The notes under the pieces: generated by a model | What the model was told of the DNA's origin: nothing | Database searches by the model: none | What the model saw: only the letters and a program-made list of their open reading frames with translations | From: a virus | Taxonomy: Duplodnaviria; Caudoviricetes | Direction: 5' to 3' (one strand) | DNA: 53,320 nt | Virus record (IMG/VR): IMGVR_UViG_3300021963_000165 | Coordinates: 1-53,320 of that record | Part shown: one piece after another, positions 16,229 through 24,714 of the stretch | Numbering within the stretch: position 1 is the stretch's first letter | How the letters are laid out: every line of letters starts with the position of its first letter | Translations under genes and position numbers: made by a program

Positions 16229-16409
16229 ACGCCACTACCACTTCACCATCCCCCAGTCGAACGTCTACGACTTCGTCACCGCCGTGAGCTTCACCGATGC
16301 CAAATCCAAAGCCTTCGCCGAATACGGACCCTTCTGGAACCTCATCGAGTGGCTCGACCCGGAGGATGACGCTGAACGAAGCGCTGAGCCCATGGATGAG
16401 CGTGCGTGA
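16221..16409 (+). CDS. Hypothetical protein
   Basis: ORF track. Confidence 0.6.
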   Translation: MTERHYHFTIPQSNVYDFVTAVSFTDAKSKAFAEYGPFWNLIEWLDPEDDAERSAEPMDERA

Positions 16410-16617
16410 CGACATCGACTGGGACAGCTGCCCGGACAAGATCTGGGATCAGCTGCTCGAGCAGGCGCCCAAGGTGGCAGCCATCAGCCGGTTCTGGTTC
16501 CTGAAGGGGATCCACCGCGCTGTCACCGAGATGGAGCGCAAGATCGACGGCCGGCCGATGTGGCCCACCCGTCAAGACCTCATCGATCATCTCAACTCAA
16601 TCAATGCACCCAACTGA
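16366..16617 (+). CDS. Hypothetical protein
   Basis: ATG 16366 within ORF 16297..16617. Confidence 0.55.
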   Translation: MTLNEALSPWMSVRDDIDWDSCPDKIWDQLLEQAPKVAAISRFWFLKGIHRAVTEMERKIDGRPMWPTRQDLIDHLNSINAPN

Positions 16618-16993
16618 AGACGATTTTCGGCTGATCCCGGAAACTGCCAAGTACATGTCAGTCCGCACGCAGAACGCCCTGCTGCGGGGTGGCTTCTTTA
16701 CCGCTGAGCAGATCATGCTGGCCAGCACCGCCGACCTGATGAAGCTCAGGAGCTTCGGCATGCAGGCACTGGGCGAGGTCGCTGCCTGGCGCGATGCGCT
16801 GATGAAGCCCGACCCGACGCTCTACCGCGAGACCCACGAGGCCGTCACCAAGGCACTGAACGAGTGCGGCAGCTGCATGGCCGACCAGGAGGCCGTGGTG
16901 GCGATGAAGGTGATCTGGAATCGGATCGCCCGGGGGCCGTTCACTGCTGCCCGGATCCGTCAGATGCTGATGCCGGCAGAGGTGGAGGCGTGA
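16604..16993 (+). CDS. RNA polymerase alpha-CTD-like domain protein
   Basis: MSVRTQNALLRGG...DLMKLRSFGMQALGEV matches the alpha-CTD pattern LSVRS.NCL...LL...NFG.KSL.EI. Confidence 0.8.
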   Translation: MHPTEDDFRLIPETAKYMSVRTQNALLRGGFFTAEQIMLASTADLMKLRSFGMQALGEVAAWRDALMKPDPTLYRETHEAVTKALNECGSCMADQEAVVAMKVIWNRIARGPFTAARIRQMLMPAEVEA

Positions 16994-17187
16994 GCACTAT
17001 CCACCTAATTGGCGGCCCGGCTGATGGCCGTGAAGTGACCTGGAACTACGAAGGCTCGCAGCGGCTGCAGATGCCGATCTTTGGGCCAGATGGTCTGAGC
17101 TTCGGCAATTACCTGCAGGATCCAGACAACCCCAGCCGCTTTGTGTACGGCGGCATGGAGAAGCCGGAATGGAGCGCCGCTGAATGA
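16990..17187 (+). CDS. Hypothetical protein (LIGGPADG motif)
   Basis: GTG 16990 with GGAGG RBS. Confidence 0.6.
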   Translation: MSTIHLIGGPADGREVTWNYEGSQRLQMPIFGPDGLSFGNYLQDPDNPSRFVYGGMEKPEWSAAE

Positions 17188-17269
17188 CTCTTGCCACCGC
17201 CCTCTACTTCGCCGGTGCCTACTGGCTGATCTGTATCGCCTTCATCCTGATCTGCAGAAAGATCCTGCC

Positions 17270-17425
17270 ATGAACACGTTGCTTGCCGTCCTGGTGCTGG
17301 GCGGCTGCATAGTCTTTTACCTGCTGATCCTCGTCATGCTGGCGCTGATCACCTGCCACATCTGGCTTGAGCTCAAGGAAAGGCTCGAGGAGCGCCGTCG
17401 TCTTCGCTCCGGAGGTAAGCCATGA
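17270..17425 (+). CDS. Small membrane protein
   Basis: Long hydrophobic helix plus basic tail; preceded by a 29-aa hydrophobic ORF at 17184..17273. Confidence 0.55.
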   Translation: MNTLLAVLVLGGCIVFYLLILVMLALITCHIWLELKERLEERRRLRSGGKP

Positions 17426-17580
17426 CCATCGGCTACTACCGGATCCGCCTCACTCGCCAAGACGGCAGCGTCTGGATCTGGCTGACCTATGCCGTCTCTG
17501 CCACCAATGCCCATTGGATGGCGACCGAGCTCCACCCGACCTGCCAGGTCGAAGTGCTTGGCTTGGAAGGGCAATGGTGA
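17422..17580 (+). CDS. Small hypothetical protein
   Basis: GGAGG RBS; MTIGYYRIRL...LEGQW. Confidence 0.55.
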   Translation: MTIGYYRIRLTRQDGSVWIWLTYAVSATNAHWMATELHPTCQVEVLGLEGQW

Positions 17581-17771
17581 TTCACTCCGAGCAGGGCACC
17601 TGGAAGGGCCAGAACCACCCCTGCTACGGCGTTCATCCCGTCGACCGCGGGCTGGGGCTAGCGTTCCAGCCGTGGTGTTTCGACGGCGCCACGGTCACCT
17701 GGGGTCCGTCCTTCGAGACACACTCGGAGGCGATGACCTATGCACGCTCACTTGCTGGACACCATGTTTGA
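17574..17771 (+). CDS. Hypothetical phage protein
   Basis: YGVHP...FQPWCFDG..VTWGP. Confidence 0.55.
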   Translation: MVIHSEQGTWKGQNHPCYGVHPVDRGLGLAFQPWCFDGATVTWGPSFETHSEAMTYARSLAGHHV

Positions 17772-17976
17772 CTGCCACCCCCGCGAAGAACAGAAGAAGG
17801 CCGAATTTATCGACTTTCTTTATGAACAGAGCGGTCGCGATGAACTGCCTTATGGCCACCCGCTGCGCATGACCTACACCGGCCTCTGGCAGGAATTCAT
17901 GCAACGCAGTGCTGAAGAAGCGCGTGACGCTTGGTGGGACGTGCGTCAGATTGATGCAGAAGCATTCGATCGATGA
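17740..17976 (+). CDS. Hypothetical phage protein
   Basis: DFLYEQSGR....HP...TYTGLW motif. Confidence 0.65.
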   Translation: MHAHLLDTMFDCHPREEQKKAEFIDFLYEQSGRDELPYGHPLRMTYTGLWQEFMQRSAEEARDAWWDVRQIDAEAFDR

Positions 17977-18539
17977 ACAACGACTACGACCGCGACCGAC
18001 CACAACAGCTGATCGGGATCTATAGCCCGGCGCCGCAATCCGGCAAGACGTTCACCGCCACCGTGCTGACCCACCAAGGGTTCCAGCCGGTGTCATTTGC
18101 CGAGCCACTGAAGCGCATGGCGGTGACGTTTTTGATGGATTTCGGCTACCGCGAGGACGAAGCCTTGAAGCTGGTGTGGGTCGACAAGCACCGCCAGGTG
18201 CCTGAAATCGGCTGCACGGCTCGCGAGCTGCTGCAGCGCCTCGGCACTGAATTCGGCCGCCAGTGCATCGCTGACGACATCTGGATTCGGTGCTGGGAGA
18301 CACGGGTTCGGCGCTTCGACACGGTTGTCACCGACGACGTGCGTTTCCTCAACGAAGCAGAAGCGGTCAAGGCGCTCGGCGGCCAGATGTGGAAGGTTGT
18401 GCGGCCGTCGGCTGTTCGCAACACCGATCACGCATCTGAAGGCGGACTGGACAATTGGGACGGATTCGATGTCATCATTCAAAATGACGGCAGCCTTGAA
18501 CAATTCCGTCGCAAGATCGACGCGGCCTTATGGGGATGA
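17973..18539 (+). CDS. Deoxynucleoside monophosphate kinase
   Basis: SPAPQSGKT, SFAEPLK, RELLQRLGTEFGR, DDVRFLNE, HASE. Confidence 0.9.
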   Translation: MNNDYDRDRPQQLIGIYSPAPQSGKTFTATVLTHQGFQPVSFAEPLKRMAVTFLMDFGYREDEALKLVWVDKHRQVPEIGCTARELLQRLGTEFGRQCIADDIWIRCWETRVRRFDTVVTDDVRFLNEAEAVKALGGQMWKVVRPSAVRNTDHASEGGLDNWDGFDVIIQNDGSLEQFRRKIDAALWG

Positions 18540-18868
18540 TGCGGTTTCATGCTGGACGGATGGTGCTCTATCTAGAGCACTCCGTCTGGTGTGTTCGCGT
18601 CAAACTTGGCACGCGCCCTGATCAGCAGATCGATACAGCGCTGCAGACGGGTGAGGCAGAAGAGGCGATCTTCAGAGCGGAGCGAATCTACGCCGAACTG
18701 AAGCGCAGGCTGAACAAGAAAGCGGACGACAAGCCATTGTGCTGGCAGTGCATCCATTGGGAGGGCCTGAACGCACGATGTAGCTTCGGCTGGCCTGAGG
18801 CCCGCCAGACTGGTGGAAGATTCGCCGCGCAGTGCTCGGTTTTTAAGGCATGTCCGACCCGGAAGTGA
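18530..18868 (+). CDS. Hypothetical protein with C-terminal 4-Cys domain
   Basis: CWQCIHW...CSFGWPE...FAAQC. Confidence 0.65.
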   Translation: MGMMRFHAGRMVLYLEHSVWCVRVKLGTRPDQQIDTALQTGEAEEAIFRAERIYAELKRRLNKKADDKPLCWQCIHWEGLNARCSFGWPEARQTGGRFAAQCSVFKACPTRK

Positions 18869-19020
18869 TCAGCCGCATGGACCGCGACGGCGGCTACATC
18901 GAGACGCTCGATCGGCCGGGCTTTGAGATCTACTACCGCAGCTGCGCTCACGGCTACTGCCGGTACTCGAGCGACATGTGGCAGGCCGAGATCTACCTCG
19001 ACCACTTGCTGGCGCAATAG
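18850..19020 (+). CDS. Small hypothetical phage protein
   Basis: MSDPEVISR...YYRSCAHGYCRYSSDMWQAEIYL. Confidence 0.6.
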   Translation: MSDPEVISRMDRDGGYIETLDRPGFEIYYRSCAHGYCRYSSDMWQAEIYLDHLLAQ

Positions 19021-19120
19021 GTTGCCCGGTAGCCAGTCCTCCCGAGGTGCTGGCCTCACCGCTGCCGGGCGCAGCGGACGACTGAGATCCGAGATCAACA
19101 GAACCGTCAGGGTAGCAGGA

Positions 19121-19450
19121 TCACGACGCCAGGTGATCGTGCCTGCCCATGATCCAGTGAGTGATCGCCCATTCGTTCATCGCCGACCAAAAGGGCTGTT
19201 TCCTGTACCAGTCGACCCACGGGGACTTGCCCTTGGAAATGTTGCAGTTCCAGCAGGAGCTGACGAGGTTTTCCTTTACCGTCAGGCCGCCGTGGGCTTT
19301 GGGTACGACGTGATCCAGCGTCGGGCTACGGCCGAGCGGATCGTTGCAGTAGGCGCACCGATAGTCCCAGGCCAGGTGGATCTGGTCACGGAACCGAAGC
19401 CTCGCCTCCTTCCTCGTGATCAGCTCCGTCTCCGAGATCTGATGATCCAC
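19121..19450 (-). CDS. HNH endonuclease
   Basis: CAYC...TLDHVVPKAHGG...NLVSSCWNCN. Confidence 0.9.
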   Translation of the reverse strand: MDHQISETELITRKEARLRFRDQIHLAWDYRCAYCNDPLGRSPTLDHVVPKAHGGLTVKENLVSSCWNCNISKGKSPWVDWYRKQPFWSAMNEWAITHWIMGRHDHLAS

Positions 19451-19619
19451 CTGATTCCGGGGGTAGGGGAAAGGCATCCAGCTCGATGTGGACGATGTGC
19501 TCGTCCGACGGGATGAACTCGGCGATGCGGGCGTAGGTGTTCTTGATGAACTCCTCAACGGAGTCTTCGTCCGCATGCACGACGACCTTGGCCGACACCT
19601 CAAGCAGGTAGCTCGCCAT
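19386..19619 (-). CDS. Small acidic hypothetical protein
   Basis: ORF track. Confidence 0.6.
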   Translation of the reverse strand: MASYLLEVSAKVVVHADEDSVEEFIKNTYARIAEFIPSDEHIVHIELDAFPLPPESGGSSDLGDGADHEEGGEASVP

Positions 19620-19704
19620 CGGCGGAACCGGGCCAAGTCTTCATAGACGGTAGCCAGACGCACTGCGCGGCAAGGTTTTCTTTGGGATCACTGCGGGATT
19701 GGGG

Positions 19705-19988
19705 CTGCGCCAATAGTGCGCCAATGGCGTCGGCGGGCTTATTTCACACCCGCCGTCTGGAGTTCTAGGTGTCTGATTTCTTTGAGGAAAATGGTGCCCA
19801 GGGGCGGAATCGAACCACCGACACTGCGATTTTCAGTCGTACGTTTAGGACTTCACTCCTATTATTTCAGGTTCACGGAAATTACCGATTCCTAGCTAAA
19901 TCAATGCTTTACCTCGATTCGCTCTTCCCGTAAATTCACGCTCATTGGCGCAACTTTTTGCGATTCTGCGCCAATAGTGCGCCAATGG
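19705..19988. mobile_element. attP region with integrase arm-type repeats
   Basis: Identical 23-mer CTGCGCCAATAGTGCGCCAATGG at 19705 and 19966; inverted half-site at 19943; tRNA core between them; adjacent integrase. Confidence 0.85.
19792..19839 (-). tRNA. 3' half of tRNA-Phe(GAA), attP core (not a full tRNA)
   Basis: CGACTGAAAATCGCAGTGTCGGTGGTTCGATTCCGCCCCTGGGCACCA; D-arm and 5' acceptor strand absent. Confidence 0.9.
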
Positions 19989-19998
19989 GAGAGCCTGA

Positions 19999-21150
19999 AT
20001 GGCACTGCGGAAGGAAGACATCAAGGCCGCTGTCAAGAGCAAATCGGAGGGCTGGCTGAAGGATGAGAAGGTGGCCGGCCTCGGCGTGCTGATCACCGCC
20101 AAGGGCGCCGCGACCTGGTATCTGCGCTACCGCCTGCCGGACGGAAAGCAGGAGAAGCACAAGATCGGCCCAGCGCTATCCATCCCGCCGGAGATGGCCC
20201 GCGACGAAGCGCACAAGGTGCTCGGTGGGGTGGCTAAAGGCGAAACACCTACCAAGGATCGCCGCACGGTGCGCCGCGGCAAGACCGTCGCTGAGCTCTG
20301 CGAGATGGTGAAGGCCGAGCACTACGCCAAGCGCCGCAAGAACACCGTCGTCGGCTACATGGTGCTCTGGAACAACTGGATCCTGCCTGAGATCGGCTCC
20401 ACCAAGGTCGCGAGCCTCGAGACGCTGCAGGTGGTCGACCTGCTCAAGAAGATGCCGAAGACCCAGGCCAACCGGGCGCTGGCGGTGCTGCGCAAGGCGC
20501 TGAACCTGGCCGAGCTGTGGGGGCTGCGGCCGAAGTTCTCCAACCCCTGCAAGGGCATCGAGGGCAATGGCGAGCGCAAGATCAAGCGCTACCTAACCCG
20601 CGACGAGCTGGACCGGCTTCTCAAAGCACTGGATACGTTCGGCACGACCCCAGTGCGCTGGCGTTTTGCCCAACTGGTGCGGCTGCTGCTTCTGACGGGG
20701 TGCCGGGTGGGCGAGATCAAGAATGCTCGCTGGGAATGGCTCGACGACGAAGCAATGGTGCTGACTGTTCCCGCTGAGGAACATAAGACCGGCCAGGACG
20801 GTAACCCACGGATAGTTCATATCCCGCCCGAAGCGTGTCTCATCTTAAAAGAAATGAGACGCAAGTCGAATTCTGACTGGATTATTCAGGGCGATGGTGA
20901 TCACCCATTGGTGGGATATGCCCGCCTGTGGAGCAAATTGCTGGTCGCCGCGCAGATCAAGAACCTGCGCATTCACGACACGCGACATTCCTACGCCAGC
21001 TACGCCATCAGCAAGGCGAAGCTGACCCTCCCGGAGGTTGGTGGGCTGCTGGGCCACGCCAGCCCGCAGACAACGCAGCGCTACGCACACCTGATCGACG
21101 AGGCTGCCGCCAAGGCTGCTGCGATGGTGGCGGCGCAGCTGCGGCGCTAA
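19999..21150 (+). CDS. int: Tyrosine integrase with N-terminal arm-binding domain
   Basis: LLTGCRVGEI, HKT, RIHDTRHSYAS, LLGH...TQRYAHL. Confidence 0.95.
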   Translation: MALRKEDIKAAVKSKSEGWLKDEKVAGLGVLITAKGAATWYLRYRLPDGKQEKHKIGPALSIPPEMARDEAHKVLGGVAKGETPTKDRRTVRRGKTVAELCEMVKAEHYAKRRKNTVVGYMVLWNNWILPEIGSTKVASLETLQVVDLLKKMPKTQANRALAVLRKALNLAELWGLRPKFSNPCKGIEGNGERKIKRYLTRDELDRLLKALDTFGTTPVRWRFAQLVRLLLLTGCRVGEIKNARWEWLDDEAMVLTVPAEEHKTGQDGNPRIVHIPPEACLILKEMRRKSNSDWIIQGDGDHPLVGYARLWSKLLVAAQIKNLRIHDTRHSYASYAISKAKLTLPEVGGLLGHASPQTTQRYAHLIDEAAAKAAAMVAAQLRR

Positions 21151-21449
21151 TCCTCCTCGGTGTACCAGGGGCTCGGCTTGTAGCCGGGCTCCAGTTCATC
21201 GGTGAGCACCGGCTGCACCTGGCGCTGGATGATCATCTCGTAGAGGGTCGCGTAGGCGATCACCTCCTTCAAATGCTTGGACAGCGCCTCATATTCGCTC
21301 TGGCCGACCACGCCGATGTCGTTCTCCTGGTCGGCGTAGCAGAGAAACATCATGGCCGCCTCCTTTGGGCGGCCGTCTGCAAACAGCTCGTAGGCCATGG
21401 CCAGCCCCTCGCGTGGGCTCAGTTCGCCGTTGCGAGAGGCAAATCTCAT
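21147..21449 (-). CDS. Hypothetical protein
   Basis: ORF track. Confidence 0.65.
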   Translation of the reverse strand: MRFASRNGELSPREGLAMAYELFADGRPKEAAMMFLCYADQENDIGVVGQSEYEALSKHLKEVIAYATLYEMIIQRQVQPVLTDELEPGYKPSPWYTEED

Positions 21450-22177
21450 GGCGCTAGGCGTGCTCGGTGCAGCCTAGTCCGCTCATACCAGCCTGCGATC
21501 TCGGGCGCCCACACCTGGAACCGCGGCATCATGCCGTCACACAGCGCCTGGATTTCAGGCTGGGCATCGGCCTTGGCCCGCAGGTCAAGGAAGTGCATCA
21601 GCGCCCGCATACTGAACGACACGACGAAGTTCTGCCGGAAGTCGAACGGGATCATGCCGCGGGCATGCTCCTCAGCCCAGCCGGCGTTGATCTTCTCCTG
21701 GTAGCGGCCGGCCGCCATGAAGCACTCCTCAATGTCGCGCTCACGCTGCTCGGCGGTGTAGGTGTAGCGCTTGCCCTGCCGGTCGCGGTAGTTGCCCACC
21801 GGGCGCAGGTAGAACACGTCCTCGATGTTGAGCTCACCCGCCGCGGCCGCAATGATGCGCTTGCCGGTGTAGCGGCCAGACTGCACGTCGAAGCTGATGC
21901 CCACGCGATGCGTGCGTGCCTGCTGCATCACCGAGTGCGGAAAGCCTGCAGTGGCCAGCGTGATGCTCGGGTGCTCTAGCGGACCGTAGTGGCCGCGCTC
22001 ACCAGCTAGTAGGTGTTTGATCACCAGCTCGCCAGCGGTGCGCTCTTCGGGCGCCTCGCAGTCCAGCACCGAGCCCTCGTGGTAGTCGGTGTGCATGGCC
22101 CGCCAGATGGTGGTCTGCGGTTCAAAGGTCCAGCTCAAGATTCCGACGCGGAACCGGTCGTCGATCAGGCTTCCCAT
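21446..22177 (-). CDS. thyX: FAD-dependent thymidylate synthase (cyanobacterial type)
   Basis: GHYGPLEH, QQARTHRVGISFDVQSGRY, EHARG, HFLDLR..DAQ.EI. Confidence 0.95.
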   Translation of the reverse strand: MGSLIDDRFRVGILSWTFEPQTTIWRAMHTDYHEGSVLDCEAPEERTAGELVIKHLLAGERGHYGPLEHPSITLATAGFPHSVMQQARTHRVGISFDVQSGRYTGKRIIAAAAGELNIEDVFYLRPVGNYRDRQGKRYTYTAEQRERDIEECFMAAGRYQEKINAGWAEEHARGMIPFDFRQNFVVSFSMRALMHFLDLRAKADAQPEIQALCDGMMPRFQVWAPEIAGWYERTRLHRARLAP

Positions 22178-22683
22178 GACGGCATGACGTGGTTGTGCTT
22201 GTTGTAATGCCCAACGGCGGCATAGGAGATGTCCGGCACCCCAGCCATCAGGTGGAACACCATCTGTCCGACCTTCAGCCCGGGCCAGAGCTTCAGCGGC
22301 CGCAGCTGGCGGGCGTTGGTGAGCTCAAGAGTGAGCTTGGATCCGTTCCATTGTGGATCCGCGAAACCGGCATGGCTGTGCTCGAGGCCTTCGCGGGCGC
22401 GGCTGGACTTCAGGAAGAACAGCCCGGCAATGTCGTCGGGCATGTTGAACGTCTCCCAGGTCTCCGCGAGGATCCACTGGCCGGGCTTCAGCAGGTAGGG
22501 ATTCTCCTTGTTGTGCTCACTGATGTCGACACGCACCAGCTCATCGGTGGTGGCGCTTTCGATCATGATCTCGTTGCCCAGTAGCAGGTCATAGCTGGCC
22601 GGGTTGAGCTGCTCGACATCAAACGGGACGATCATGCGCTCCACTTCGCAGAGGCGCTTGATCTCTCGATCATGCAAAATCAC
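22165..22683 (-). CDS. dcd: dCTP deaminase
   Basis: ILHDREI, LNPASYDL, KSSRAREG, AGFADP.WNG. Confidence 0.92.
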   Translation of the reverse strand: MILHDREIKRLCEVERMIVPFDVEQLNPASYDLLLGNEIMIESATTDELVRVDISEHNKENPYLLKPGQWILAETWETFNMPDDIAGLFFLKSSRAREGLEHSHAGFADPQWNGSKLTLELTNARQLRPLKLWPGLKVGQMVFHLMAGVPDISYAAVGHYNKHNHVMPSWEA

Positions 22684-22757
22684 GGTCGCAGCAGGTCGCA
22701 GGGGATGCCCCAAGCTACCGGCAGCTCCAGCGGCGGTCCCGGATCAGTCGCAAAACG

Positions 22758-23933
22758 TCACTGTGAGACCAGCACCGCCCAGCCTGAGCCGGGGCCTTCA
22801 ACCTCCCAGCGCCGAAGCCAGTTCTTGCGGCTGTAGCCGATTGCGGCGCCCTTGCTGTTGACGTAGCCGCCGTTGACCATGTCGCACTCGCCGAACGGGT
22901 CGTTGTGGACGATCTGCAGCGGGTTATGGCCCACCACGACGCTCCAGTGGCCGCCACCGCTCGGTGCCGAGGCTGGACCCTTGTGCAGCCAGCCGACCGC
23001 CACCGGCCGCCCGGCGTTGATCTCGCGCTCGAGTATCGCCACGTTGCAGGACTGAATGAACTGCGCCTTCAGGCCGAGCGATTGCAGGGTCTTCACCTGC
23101 GCCCCGGCTTCGGTGGTGTCGCCGTACTGGGCGCGGATCTTGTTGTATTCGTCGTCGGTCTTCACCTTGCCGTAGAAGGCCGCGATCATGGCGCAGGACG
23201 ACGAGAAACACTCGCGGTAGCCCTCACCGGACTGGTTGTCGCGCTGGCTGAAGTAGGGCACGGTGAGCCGCACGGCATCAGCCGGCATCTCCTCCATGTC
23301 CTCCATCCAGAGCTTGCCTTCAGCGGTGCGCCGGCGCTTCAGGCCGGCCTCCACCGAGCTGCCCGGATTCCGGTACAGCAGCATCGCCGCCGGCACATCC
23401 TTCCACCGGCGCTCGTTCAGCGCAGCGGTGATGGTCATGAACCCGGAAGAGCCGTAGAAGCCCGAGCCGAGGTTGTAGGCGAACGAGATCAGCGCTGACT
23501 TCTGACAGTCGCCCATCTCCTTCCAGTGCGGAATGGTGCTGCCCAGCTTGGTCGCAATCCGATCGACCTCCTGACGCAGGAGCATGTCGGCCTCGATCGC
23601 GTTGATCTTGTCGCCCTTCTGCACCTTGCGGCCGTCGTTGTAGCGGGTGGTGCCGTAGCCGATCGTGGCCACGTCCCACCCGTGCAACGGATCGGGGTAA
23701 GCCTCGAGATGGCAACCCTCGAACTCCTTGATCAGCTTCAGCGCCGGCGCCAGGTCAGCCTGCTTGCCGTCTTGGCTCCAGGTGCTGAACCACGGCCGAT
23801 CGCGACGCATCGCAGCGGCGTAGCCGTTTTCGCGCAGATCGTTCTGCAACTCGACGATGGCCGCGGCCTGGTGGGGCAGGGCCTTGTAGTAGCGGAACAG
23901 CTGCTCGAGGCTAATCGGGGAGGCGTTGCTCAC
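22758..23933 (-). CDS. Endolysin: GH24 lysozyme plus C39-like peptidase
   Basis: IKEFEGCHLEAYPD...TIGYGTT; VPYFSQRD...ECFSSSCAM...GGGHW...HNDPFG. Confidence 0.9.
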   Translation of the reverse strand: MSNASPISLEQLFRYYKALPHQAAAIVELQNDLRENGYAAAMRRDRPWFSTWSQDGKQADLAPALKLIKEFEGCHLEAYPDPLHGWDVATIGYGTTRYNDGRKVQKGDKINAIEADMLLRQEVDRIATKLGSTIPHWKEMGDCQKSALISFAYNLGSGFYGSSGFMTITAALNERRWKDVPAAMLLYRNPGSSVEAGLKRRRTAEGKLWMEDMEEMPADAVRLTVPYFSQRDNQSGEGYRECFSSSCAMIAAFYGKVKTDDEYNKIRAQYGDTTEAGAQVKTLQSLGLKAQFIQSCNVAILEREINAGRPVAVGWLHKGPASAPSGGGHWSVVVGHNPLQIVHNDPFGECDMVNGGYVNSKGAAIGYSRKNWLRRWEVEGPGSGWAVLVSQ

Positions 23934-24106
23934 TCGCGACTCCAGGGCGACTTGATTTCCATGGCACCACCAAGCAGCCGGCTGTCACCGGTCTGCAGCT
24001 CTTCGTCGATCGGGTGATGCTCGATCACTGGGGCTGGCACGCTTTGTGGCTGTGTGGCGTGCCAGTCCTCGATAGCGCGATCAAGCCGCGGCCCGATCGT
24101 CAGCGT
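23930..24106 (-). CDS. Start-less ORF (58 aa), predicted -1 frameshift extension of the holin-like gene
   Basis: Open -1 frame after CCCAAAA; its stop overlaps the endolysin GTG. Confidence 0.6.
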   Translation of the reverse strand, partial: TLTIGPRLDRAIEDWHATQPQSVPAPVIEHHPIDEELQTGDSRLLGGAMEIKSPWSRE

Positions 24107-24237
24107 TTTGGGAAGGCAAGCCGCAGGAACTGCAGGATCAGCTGGATGATGCTGTTGGCACGCAGCGGGCTGAGCGCAATGGCCTCAGATGCAGCTGCGA
24201 CGATGATCGCGATAATGGCGGCGGTGGTGGGGTCCAT
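24100..24237 (-). CDS. Holin-like small membrane protein (45 aa)
   Basis: MDPTTAAIIAIIVAAASEAIALSPLRANSIIQLILQFLRLAFPKR, upstream of the endolysin. Confidence 0.7.
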   Translation of the reverse strand: MDPTTAAIIAIIVAAASEAIALSPLRANSIIQLILQFLRLAFPKR

Positions 24238-24276
24238 GCCGAGGATCACTAGGGGACTCCTTAAAGGCTAGCCCGA

Positions 24277-24537
24277 TCAGCGCGGCTGGGCATTGACCGG
24301 CTGCAGGTCAAGACGAAGGTGCCCCGTAATGAATGACGCAAACGGCGGCAGGATCAGGCTGGCGAGCACTGCGGCCAACACCACCTGCGCCATGCGTGTT
24401 TCCAGCTTTCCGATGCGCTGGAAGATGTCTTTCTTCTCGTCGTCATCTCGCGTCTGGCTCAGCAGGATGGCGTCCATCTTGCCTTGGAGCACGCCGAGCT
24501 CCCTATAGATTTCGGCGTGAGACACCTCGCGCTCCAT
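24277..24537 (-). CDS. Coiled-coil plus TM protein (lysis-associated)
   Basis: VSHAEIYRELGVLQGKMD, hydrophobic C-terminus; AGGAG RBS. Confidence 0.7.
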   Translation of the reverse strand: MEREVSHAEIYRELGVLQGKMDAILLSQTRDDDEKKDIFQRIGKLETRMAQVVLAAVLASLILPPFASFITGHLRLDLQPVNAQPR

Positions 24538-24561
24538 AGGTCTCCTCTCGACTGGGTAATC

Positions 24562-24714
24562 CTAGTCAGTGGGGATGGACGGACCATCACCGAGAGGATC
24601 AGGCCGGCCGGCGAGGATCGCAACAGCCCGCTTGTAGTACCAGTTGTCGGTTTTGCCCGCTGCCTCGAGAGCGTCCCTGACTTTTCGCCAGTTTTCGCGC
24701 TCGTAGGCGTCCAT
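24562..24714 (-). CDS. Small hypothetical phage protein (50 aa)
   Basis: MDAYERENWRKVRDALEAAGKTDNWYYKRAVAI; TAATG overlap. Confidence 0.65.
   Translation of the reverse strand: MDAYERENWRKVRDALEAAGKTDNWYYKRAVAILAGRPDPLGDGPSIPTD

Noticed and set aside
19792-19870. Functional phage tRNA-Phe
   Set aside because: The 5' half is missing; best explained as the attP core
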